Of a DNA stretch of 45,777 bases, positions 35,716-43,190 are shown one piece after another. Where the stretch lies: contig JBKHHG010000001.1 of assembly GCA_046539225.1 (NCBI GenBank), positions 1 through 45,777 on the forward strand, given 5' to 3'. The DNA is from Candidatus Nanohaloarchaea archaeon (GTDB lineage Archaea > Nanohalarchaeota > Nanosalinia > Nanosalinales > Nanosalinaceae). The notes under the pieces were generated by a model. It had not been told where the DNA came from, did no database searches, and saw only the letters and a list, made by a program, of their open reading frames with translations. Position 1 is the first letter of the stretch. The number at the start of each line of letters is the position of its first letter. Position numbers and translations under genes: made by a program.

Positions 35716-36367
35716 CCTTCATATTTCCAAACTTTTCCTTCAGGCGTTTCATGCGCTCATCCTGTCCCGTTCCAAGGCCTCTATCGCTGTCCGACTCAGG
35801 AGGCTGGACTCTCTGACTGTTCCGGGATTGCTGACCTGGCTGCTGCCGGGATCCCGAACCAGATTCAGGCCTCATATTCGAGGCATTTTGAGATGCATAA
35901 GATTTTCTTATACTTTCGTTCATATTTTCAAGGTGGTCGACTACCTCCTTATTTGACTCCTGAATATCGGACGCGACTTCATCCATCTTGTTTCCGATCG
36001 CATCGGCGAGCCGCCCCTCGATATCGCCGACAACTTCTCCTTCCATATCCATTTCAGAGGCCTCATTCAACAAGTCCATGAAGTTATTCATGTTTTCGAC
36101 TACTTCATCCATCTTATGGGTCAGGTCTTCGACAGAGTTCTTTAGTTCATGGGTGGACTCGGTCATGTCGTTGACAATCTTCTGGTTCGACTTCATTATA
36201 TCCAGTACATCGCGGACCAGTTCATCGTGCTGCCCCGAGCTCTGCGCCTTCTGTGTTTCCTCCTGAATCTCGTCAATCCTGCGCTCAAGTTTTCTTATAG
36301 GGCCTACAGGCACCACTTCATAGTCTTCGTCATCCGATGAACCAAGCTGTACTTCGTCATTAGGCAT
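35708..36367 (-). CDS. hypothetical coiled-coil protein, first gene of the pilus operon
   Basis: The track ORF starts at 36388. I prefer ATG 36367 ('MPNDEVQLG...') because GGAGG lies 9 nt upstream and the TATA element at 36405-36413 would place the transcription start downstream of 36388. Long heptad-like helical region and an S/G/Q/R-rich tail. Confidence 0.6.
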   Translation of the reverse strand: MPNDEVQLGSSDDEDYEVVPVGPIRKLERRIDEIQEETQKAQSSGQHDELVRDVLDIMKSNQKIVNDMTESTHELKNSVEDLTHKMDEVVENMNNFMDLLNEASEMDMEGEVVGDIEGRLADAIGNKMDEVASDIQESNKEVVDHLENMNESIRKSYASQNASNMRPESGSGSRQQPGQQSRNSQRVQPPESDSDRGLGTGQDERMKRLKEKFGNMKDE

Positions 36368-36404
36368 AAATAAAGGCCTCCAAACCATAATTTTGTCGAG
36401 GCCT

Positions 36405-36413
36405 ATTTATAAT
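36405..36413 (-). promoter_or_regulatory. TATA box (ATTATAAAT on the minus strand) for the pilus operon
   Basis: It is the strongest TATA-like element in the region, 17-46 nt upstream of the two candidate start codons. Confidence 0.5.
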
Positions 36414-36508
36414 CCACGGAACGAAAGGAGTTCTAACTCATAGAGAAACCCGATCATCTCCCAGCCTCACCAGGCTCTGATGTGGACAGTAATAACGGTT
36501 TTGAGACG

Positions 36509-36700
36509 CTAATTCAGACAGTAAATACTGTACAAGCTCCGGATCTGATTAAGAGTCCTGCCCCCGCACGCATCTACCTCTCTGCCATGGATCCCCCAGA
36601 TTCTTTTACCAGACATGTCAACATCTCTATCCGAGTAATGCAGCAGCTCGCATAAATTTTCAAGGTACTCATCAGAGACAGGATAGGCATCGAACTCCAT
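36509..36700 (-). CDS. possible small (63 aa) hypothetical protein
   Basis: It is the only ORF in a 400-bp otherwise non-coding gap. The N-terminus is acidic like the rest of the proteome. No motif recognised, so it may be non-coding. Confidence 0.3.
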   Translation of the reverse strand: MEFDAYPVSDEYLENLCELLHYSDRDVDMSGKRIWGIHGREVDACGGRTLNQIRSLYSIYCLN

Positions 36701-36740
36701 AACCAGTTAATTAAAGGAGGAATCTTAATAGAATGAAATT

Positions 36741-36776
36741 AAGATAAGAGAAAGAAACGAGGCCTTAGACAGGCCT
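36741..36776 (-). terminator. AGGCCT-AGGCCT hairpin plus T-rich tract downstream of the thermosome gene
   Basis: Minus strand: UAA-AUCCUCCUUUA-AGGCCU-GUCUA-AGGCCU-CGUUUCUUUCUCUUAUCUU. The two palindromic hexamers (36771-36776 and 36760-36765) form a 6-bp stem. Confidence 0.5.
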
Positions 36777-36787
36777 TAAAGGAGGAT

Positions 36788-38443
36788 TTACATCATGCCC
36801 CCCATTCCTCCGGGCATTCCTCCACCTGGACCTCCAGCTTCGTCTCCCCCCATGTCTTCACTGTCGAACCCTGAGGCGGAGATCACATCATCGATTCTCA
36901 GGATCATCTCCGCTGACTCGCTGGCGGACTGTACGGCCTGTGTCTTGGTCTGTTTAGGCTCCACTACTCCTTTGTCGAAAAGTTTCTCCGACTTCCCTGA
37001 GGATACGTCAAGGCCTGCCCAGATCTCTCCCTCATCGTGCTTGTTTCTGAGGTCGACTAAGGTATCGATCGGGTCAAAGCCTGCGTTTTCGGCCAGCGTT
37101 CTTGGAATTACTTCCATTGAGTCGGCGAACGCGTTGATCGCAAGCTGTTCTCTTCCTCCAACGCTGTCAGCATAGTCTCTAAGGCCTTGAGCTATTTCTA
37201 CTTCTGTTGAGCCTCCGCCTCCTACTACTCGACCGTTTCTAAGGGCTGAGGAGATCCCGCCGATCGCGTCTTCCATCGCTCTTTCGATTTCGTCGACTAC
37301 GTGTTCTGTTCCTCCTCTGATCAGGATTGAGACGGACTTGGCTTCTGGGCAGTCCTGTACAAAAGTCATTGAGTCGCCGCCTATTGACCTCTGCTCTACG
37401 CGTCCGGCCTCGCCGAGATCTTCGGCCTCGATGTCTTCGATCGATGTTACGACGTTTGCTCCTGTTGCCTTCGCCAGATTATCGATGTCAGAGGTGCTGA
37501 CCCTTCTTACTGCGAAGATTCCCTTCTTGGCGAGGTAGTGCTGGGCCATGTCGTCGATACCTTTCTGGCACAGTACGACGTTGGCTCCAGCATCGTCCAA
37601 GGCCTCAACCATATCCTTGAGCTGCTCTTCTTCCTGCTCCACAAAGTTCTGCATCTGTGCGGGGTCGCTGATATTGATCTCGGCGTCTGTCTCTGTCTCT
37701 TTAACTTCTATAGCGGAGTTGAGGAGAGCGATCTTTGCGTCTTCGACGTTTGAAGGCATTCCACCGTGAACCTTCTCCTTGTCAAGGATAACTCCCTGAA
37801 CAAGCTCTGTCTCGTCGATTGTTCCGCCCTCCTTTTTCTCGACCTTGATCATATCCTTATCAACTACAACAGGGTCCTCACCGTCCGCAACCTGTCTAAC
37901 GGCTTCAACAGCGATATCCGCAAGGTAATCCCGGGAGGCCTCAGCGCTTTTGCCTGTCATCGAGGTCATCGCAACCTTCCTTAAAGTGTCTTCATCCCCA
38001 AGATCAACTTCCTCGGAGATATCATCAAGTATCTCAGTGCTTTTCTGCCGGGCAAGCCTGTACCCCCTTGTAATCACGGTAGGATGGATCTCCTGATCCA
38101 GAAGGCCCTCAGCCTGTTTCAGCAGTTCTCCCGCTAAAACTACAGCTGTAGTGGTCCCGTCGCCGACCTCTTCCTCCTGGGTCTGCGCGACTTCAACCAT
38201 CATCTTGGCCGCCGGATGCTGAATATCCATCTCTTCAAGTATAGTCACACCATCATTCGTCACCACTAGATCCCCGACGGAGTCGACCATCATCTTGTCC
38301 ATCCCCTTCGGGCCTAAAGTGGTTCTCACAGCTTTCGCAACGGTTTTACAAGCAGCTATATTGTTTTCCTGAGCGTCCTCACCGGTCTGACGCTCCGCAT
38401 CTTCCGACATTACAAAAATTGGTTGTCCTCCAAGTCCTCTCAT
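36788..38443 (-). CDS. ths: thermosome subunit (group II chaperonin)
   Basis: 551 aa. '[13 protein letters not shown]', 'VTNDGVTIL', '[16 protein letters not shown]', 'GGGSTEVE', and a C-terminal '[11 protein letters not shown]' tail. Confidence 0.96.
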   Translation of the reverse strand: MRGLGGQPIFVMSEDAERQTGEDAQENNIAACKTVAKAVRTTLGPKGMDKMMVDSVGDLVVTNDGVTILEEMDIQHPAAKMMVEVAQTQEEEVGDGTTTAVVLAGELLKQAEGLLDQEIHPTVITRGYRLARQKSTEILDDISEEVDLGDEDTLRKVAMTSMTGKSAEASRDYLADIAVEAVRQVADGEDPVVVDKDMIKVEKKEGGTIDETELVQGVILDKEKVHGGMPSNVEDAKIALLNSAIEVKETETDAEINISDPAQMQNFVEQEEEQLKDMVEALDDAGANVVLCQKGIDDMAQHYLAKKGIFAVRRVSTSDIDNLAKATGANVVTSIEDIEAEDLGEAGRVEQRSIGGDSMTFVQDCPEAKSVSILIRGGTEHVVDEIERAMEDAIGGISSALRNGRVVGGGGSTEVEIAQGLRDYADSVGGREQLAINAFADSMEVIPRTLAENAGFDPIDTLVDLRNKHDEGEIWAGLDVSSGKSEKLFDKGVVEPKQTKTQAVQSASESAEMILRIDDVISASGFDSEDMGGDEAGGPGGGMPGGMGGMM

Positions 38444-38510
38444 AGAATTAATTTCACCTATTTTTACTTACGTCAATAAAAAGTTAAAAAGTCAACCGCA
38501 GGCCTAAAGT

Positions 38511-40346
38511 CTAATCCAACTTTTCCTGCAAAATACTTTGAAGAACTTCAGAAACACGGGACCCATCCGCATCGACCTTTCCAAGGACTTCTCCCATTAA
38601 AGCGCCCTGAGCCCTCATACCCTGTTCCTCAATCATATCCTTATTTTCATCTACTACTTCTCTGACAGCTTCTTCTATCTCTTCCTCCGAGGCCTGAGAC
38701 TCTAAAACTTCTTCAACAGGATCATCGCTTCCTTCTGCAGCCAGTTTCGAGGCCTTCTCCAGATGCGGTTTCTCAATTCTGTTCTCTGAATAGGCCTCCA
38801 AGATGTTTTCAGCATCTCTCTCCTGGAGTTCAAGGCCTTCACTCTCGAGTCTTGGAAGAGTATTGACTATGTAGTTCGCCAAGTTTTTTCGATCAATCGA
38901 GTCTTCAAAACTGTTGAACAGTCCGATTCTTTTTGAGTTGACAAGCTGTTCCGCAAGCTGTTCCCCGATCTCCCCTGAAAGCCTTTCCTGTTTTTCCTCC
39001 AAGGTCTCCGGGAGGTTCGAGTCTATCTCTTCTACTCTCTCCTCCGTAATTCTAACCGGAGGAATATCGGTTTCCGGGTACATTCTCGCGGCTCCGGGAA
39101 GAGGCCTCATGTAGCTTGTTGTAAAGTCCTGCTCCGCTCCCCTGGTCTCCTCAGGGATCTCTCCAGTATAAATCATCTCCGCTCTCTTTTTAACCTGTTC
39201 CGAGGCTTCCTCTGCCTTTTCTTCTCGTGCTGCTATGACTGCTACGACGTCTTCATCATCTTTCTTGAAGATATCTGCTAGCTCGTTGAACTCTTCCTCG
39301 AGATCGTATTTCTCAATGTTCTCGTCAGTGTGTAGTATTCCTTGTACGCCTTTTGATTTAGCGTAATCCACGAGTTCTTCTGCAACGTATCTTTCGCCGG
39401 AGATCTTCTGCTTCATCTTTCCTGCGAGGCCTGGAAGCTTGAGGGCGTAGACTGCGCCGTTGTTTTCGATTACTGTGGAGATTATATCGTTCTCCGTATC
39501 GTCGAAAATATCTGTAACTTTTTTTCTTTGAACTTCCCGGTCTTCGAGCTTTTCTCCGAGTTCTACGAGGTTTCTCTGTCTTTCAACCTCTAAACGTATG
39601 AGTTCGTCGATGTTTCTGACGTCCTGGAATCCTTTGATCTCTACTCTCGAACCTTCTTCTATTGAGACGTTGACGTCCTGCCTGATGGTTCCGAGGCCTC
39701 TCCTTGCTTTTCCTGTGGATCGGAGAAACATTCCGAGTTTTTCGGCTACTTCTCTGGCGTGTTCCGGGTTCTTGATTGATGCATCGGTACCGACCTCTAT
39801 TAATGGGACTCCAAGCCGGTTCAGGTCGTAAACTGCTTTTTCAGAGTCTCTCTGGTGTATGCCGGCGGACTCTTCTTCCAGCTCGATGTCTTCAATGCCG
39901 ACTTCTCCGCTTTCTGTCTCGAGTTCTCCATTCAGGCCTATCATCGCAGTCCTTTGAAAGCCTGATGTGTTGGATCCATCGACCACCAGCTTTCTCATGA
40001 CCTGTATCTCGGGCACTACTTCAGCGTTCACCATTCGGGAGAAAGTCAAAGCAGTGTTCAAGGCCTGATCGCTCATTTTGTGTGGCGGCTCTTCATCTGC
40101 TTCCACCAGACAGTTGTTTCTATTATAGTACTTGTAGATGTACTCTGTGTCTTTCTCTGAGGCCTGTTCGGCTGCCTCGTCTTTTTCTCCCTGTTCTCCT
40201 TCCACAGCGTTGAGGTAGCGGGAGAAGCTTCCGTCCGCGTTTTCGTCTTTCAGGTCTACAGGACAGTGGCAGAAAAGCTTTCTGTCTGTGTCCAGCTGCT
40301 GGTGTATCTCGATTCCGCATTTAAACCCGAGTTCTTCGTAGTCCAT
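38511..40346 (-). CDS. gatE: Glu-tRNA(Gln) amidotransferase subunit E
   Basis: 611 aa. 'GFKCGIEIHQQLDT..KLFCHCP', 'NCLVEADEEPP', 'SGFQRTAMIGLNG', 'RQDVNVSI', and a C-terminal GatB/YqeY-like helical domain. Confidence 0.93.
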   Translation of the reverse strand: MDYEELGFKCGIEIHQQLDTDRKLFCHCPVDLKDENADGSFSRYLNAVEGEQGEKDEAAEQASEKDTEYIYKYYNRNNCLVEADEEPPHKMSDQALNTALTFSRMVNAEVVPEIQVMRKLVVDGSNTSGFQRTAMIGLNGELETESGEVGIEDIELEEESAGIHQRDSEKAVYDLNRLGVPLIEVGTDASIKNPEHAREVAEKLGMFLRSTGKARRGLGTIRQDVNVSIEEGSRVEIKGFQDVRNIDELIRLEVERQRNLVELGEKLEDREVQRKKVTDIFDDTENDIISTVIENNGAVYALKLPGLAGKMKQKISGERYVAEELVDYAKSKGVQGILHTDENIEKYDLEEEFNELADIFKKDDEDVVAVIAAREEKAEEASEQVKKRAEMIYTGEIPEETRGAEQDFTTSYMRPLPGAARMYPETDIPPVRITEERVEEIDSNLPETLEEKQERLSGEIGEQLAEQLVNSKRIGLFNSFEDSIDRKNLANYIVNTLPRLESEGLELQERDAENILEAYSENRIEKPHLEKASKLAAEGSDDPVEEVLESQASEEEIEEAVREVVDENKDMIEEQGMRAQGALMGEVLGKVDADGSRVSEVLQSILQEKLD

Positions 40347-40348
40347 CT

Positions 40349-40630
40349 TCAGGCCTCCTCCATAACTTCACTATGGCAACGTTCCAATTTTTCATCTATG
40401 GTTTCTTCATCTAAATGTTCTGGATCATAGACCAGTCTTGAACCGAACTCTTCGTCTTCCTCACTTGCCAGACCCGCGACTATCCGGCCCTGATCAAAGT
40501 AAGACCTACCCATCTCTCTAATCACAAAACCGTCTCTTCTGTATCCCTCGAGGCCTTCAAGGCTTTTCAGCGCCTCGACAGGATCTACATCCGAAACGTA
40601 CTCTTCATATTCGTCTTTCATTATTTTCAC
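40349..40630 (-). CDS. hypothetical small acidic protein (93 aa) within the gatD-gatE operon
   Basis: GTG start in a GTGA overlap (or ATG three codons later). It ends 2 nt before the gatE start. No motif recognised. Confidence 0.5.
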   Translation of the reverse strand: MKIMKDEYEEYVSDVDPVEALKSLEGLEGYRRDGFVIREMGRSYFDQGRIVAGLASEEDEEFGSRLVYDPEHLDEETIDEKLERCHSEVMEEA

Positions 40631-40959
40631 CGGGTTTCCTCTTCAAGTTTTCTCGGGCCATAAACGTCTTCGAGAAACTCTTCTGCTTTTTCAAGTGCAT
40701 CGTAGGCCTCTTTCTGGATAGAATTAACGTCTACGCCGTCCTCTCTAACAGAATATACTGTAAACGAACCTTGAAGCCCTGGAAAACCCATTCCGGGCAT
40801 TCCAAGATGATCGATAGTCGGCATCTCGTCTTTACCGAGTATTTCCTCGGCAAGATCCGCTAATTCTTCAGCATCATAGGGTTTATCGGTTGTATCGACT
40901 TCAGGCCTGCTTTTAAAGTAAGATCCTGGCTTTTCTGAAAGTATGTCTCTAATTGACAA
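40627..40959 (-). CDS. hypothetical small protein (110 aa) within the gatD-gatE operon
   Basis: TTG start overlapping the upstream stop by 11 nt. No motif recognised. Confidence 0.45.
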   Translation of the reverse strand: MSIRDILSEKPGSYFKSRPEVDTTDKPYDAEELADLAEEILGKDEMPTIDHLGMPGMGFPGLQGSFTVYSVREDGVDVNSIQKEAYDALEKAEEFLEDVYGPRKLEEETR

Positions 40960-41461
40960 TCCTGTTCACCTCTTCTTCAAGTTCTTCGATCGAAAGGCCT
41001 TCGTTAACTATTAAGTGGTCGCTTAACGCTATAAGGTTTCCGACGCCCTGATCCAGTTCTCTGCTATCTCTTTTCTCGAAGCTTTCGGATTCAACGTCTT
41101 CAGGCCGCTGACGCTTCTCCCTTCTCTTTCTCCGCGTCTCAGGCGAGGCCCATACAGCGATGATTTCCATTTCTCCAAGTTCTTCCTCAAACCTTTTCTT
41201 CTCTTCGAGGCCTCTAATGCCTGTGATCGCGGTTTCCTCGTCTTCAATGTAGGGGACGGTGAGTTCTGCGATGGCGTCCCTGCCTTTCTCCTCTCGCAGG
41301 TTCTGCACCCATTCCCCGGTTTTTTCGACCGGAATACCTCTCTTCTTCCTTTCTTTTCTTACTACGTCGCCCATACCTATTTTTTCAAGGCCTTTTTTCT
41401 CAAGTATTTCAGCGACTGTCGTCTTCCCTGCGAGCGGCATGCCTGTGACGCCGTAGTTCAC
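40949..41461 (-). CDS. P-loop nucleotide kinase, UPF0200 / dephospho-CoA-kinase-like
   Basis: 170 aa with a GTG start (GTGA overlap). 'MNYGVTGMPLAGKTTVAEIL...MGDVVRKE' is an N-terminal Walker A typical of small archaeal nucleotide kinases. Confidence 0.65.
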   Translation of the reverse strand: MNYGVTGMPLAGKTTVAEILEKKGLEKIGMGDVVRKERKKRGIPVEKTGEWVQNLREEKGRDAIAELTVPYIEDEETAITGIRGLEEKKRFEEELGEMEIIAVWASPETRRKRREKRQRPEDVESESFEKRDSRELDQGVGNLIALSDHLIVNEGLSIEELEEEVNRIVN

Positions 41462-41751
41462 CGACCATTCACCTTTTTCCTGAGCTTGGAGAAGTAGCCG
41501 CCTTTCTTCCTCTTCCTGACCTCGTTCCTTATGACGGATTTGGCGACGCGGTACTCCGTAAAGTCATCGATGTTATCGATATCTATGCCCGAGGTTCTGA
41601 GAAACCTGGAGGGGTTATCCAGCTCCTCGTTCATCTCGTAGGCCGCGGACATGGCGTATTCTCTCAGAATATCTCTGATGCGGTGGCTCTCCTCTTTTTC
41701 AAGGAACTCTTGGGCTTTTTCATCGAACTCGTCAAGCATCTTCTTTGTCAC
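41458..41751 (-). CDS. hypothetical small protein (97 aa) with a basic C-terminus, within the gatD-gatE operon
   Basis: GTG start in a GTGA overlap with the gatD stop. C-terminal 'RKRKKGGYFSKLRKKVNGR'. Confidence 0.5.
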   Translation of the reverse strand: MTKKMLDEFDEKAQEFLEKEESHRIRDILREYAMSAAYEMNEELDNPSRFLRTSGIDIDNIDDFTEYRVAKSVIRNEVRKRKKGGYFSKLRKKVNGR

Positions 41752-43049
41752 CTGATCATCGACCTCTCACTGATCTCGCCGTTAATATCTTTCTGGAAAA
41801 GCTCCAGTGCGTCATCTCTAGACTCTGTGTTGCCGATGCTCCAGGCCAGCTTCACATACGCCAGTTCAGGATGCATATCCCTTGCGGATACAACCCCTGA
41901 ATCCTGAATCTTTACGCCTGCGTCATACACGTTCATATTCACCCTGCCATTCAAGCATTGGGATGCCATCACAACAGGCATCTCTTCAGCGATAAGGCCT
42001 AACTTTTGAAGGATCTCCTCGTGGTGTTGGGTTCTGTCGTCGAAACTGTTTACCGGTAAATGACCGAGGCCTGTACCCTCAACCACAAGGCCGTCAAAAT
42101 CATTTTCAAGTATAAATTCAAGTTCTTCAGGCTTCATTCCAGGCCTTGACTTGATTACCGCGATATTCGGGTTTACATCGATTCTTTTCTCGTATTCCTG
42201 GTTTTCAGTTTCTACACCGGCCTCAAACTCTATATCTCCGGTCTCGTAATCGACTTCCGCGATCTTATCTTCATTTATAGGCCTGAACGCGTCTCTTCTC
42301 GAGGTATGCATCTTCCTGACTTTCTGAGGCGGCAGAATACTGCACTGTGTATCTGAGGTACTCGAATGCATGCAGATTCCGAAGCCTGTGAAATCTGTCT
42401 CTGCCAGGAACTTAGAGGCGCAGTACATGTTCATCGAGGCGTCACTGCTCGGACGGTCGCTCGACCTCTGGGCGCCGACAAGTAAAACACCTGTATCAAT
42501 TCCTTTCAACATTAGAGAAAGGGCTGCACCGGTGTACTGCATCGTATCGGTTCCATGGCCTACAATTATGCCGTCATAGCTGTCCTTTAATTCATCAATT
42601 GTCTCAGCGATCTCCATCCAGTGGCCTGGCTCCATATCCTCCGATAGCATCTGTGCAACGACTTTAGAATGGATATTTACTTTGAAAGCCAGCTCTGGAT
42701 ACATCTCCACCAGCTCCTCGGGATCAAAAGCAGGTTTGACACCGCCCTCTTCATAAGAAACTCTTGAAGCAATTGTGCCTCCTGTATGAAGCACAAGTAT
42801 GTCAGGCCTGTCCTCATCGTACTCTATCTCTACATCGTTCTGATCTGAGGCCTCGTGTTTTTCAACGAGCTCTATGTTTTCTGGTTCGAGGCCTATGTTG
42901 TAGCCTGAGTCGAGTTTGAGGTTGATTATCTCCGGGTCGCCGGTTTCCGGCTTGGGCATCAGTCTTCCTTCTTTTTCGTTGAGTTTGATGCGGTCTCCTG
43001 TTTCAATGTTTTTTTCCGAGAGCATCTGGCGGATTTCTTCGGAGTACAT
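41748..43049 (-). CDS. gatD: Glu-tRNA(Gln) amidotransferase subunit D (asparaginase-like)
   Basis: 433 aa. 'VLHTGGTIAS', 'GIIVGHGTDTMQYT', 'GAQRSSDRPSSDA'. Confidence 0.93.
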   Translation of the reverse strand: MYSEEIRQMLSEKNIETGDRIKLNEKEGRLMPKPETGDPEIINLKLDSGYNIGLEPENIELVEKHEASDQNDVEIEYDEDRPDILVLHTGGTIASRVSYEEGGVKPAFDPEELVEMYPELAFKVNIHSKVVAQMLSEDMEPGHWMEIAETIDELKDSYDGIIVGHGTDTMQYTGAALSLMLKGIDTGVLLVGAQRSSDRPSSDASMNMYCASKFLAETDFTGFGICMHSSTSDTQCSILPPQKVRKMHTSRRDAFRPINEDKIAEVDYETGDIEFEAGVETENQEYEKRIDVNPNIAVIKSRPGMKPEELEFILENDFDGLVVEGTGLGHLPVNSFDDRTQHHEEILQKLGLIAEEMPVVMASQCLNGRVNMNVYDAGVKIQDSGVVSARDMHPELAYVKLAWSIGNTESRDDALELFQKDINGEISERSMIR

Positions 43050-43190
43050 ATTGTATGTTGGTACGGTGAAATCTTAAGAATGTAAACTTGAGGCCTTTAC
43101 TGCAGGTCTCTATTTAAAAAAGTAGGCCTCGGTCTTGTATCTGTAAGCTTTGCAAAAACTGCAGAAGTATTTCGAATTAAGGTTTTTACT

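Noticed and set aside
36470-36560. Possible box C/D sRNA in the pilus-upstream spacer (CTGATGT ... CTGA).
   Set aside because: The C box is imperfect (UGAUGU). The box spacing of about 75 nt, with no credible D'/C' pair, does not fit the compact 50-60 nt architecture of archaeal C/D sRNAs.
36795-37175. Long antisense ORFs inside the thermosome gene (36795-37175, 37338-37538, 37538-37769, 37766-37984) and similar antisense ORFs inside lhr, the vWA genes, gatE and the ATPase.
   Set aside because: They lie opposite CDS with unambiguous conserved motifs. Their translations are low-complexity (P/S/L-rich) or show no recognisable motif, unlike the acidic proteome. They are chance ORFs on the complement of the real genes.
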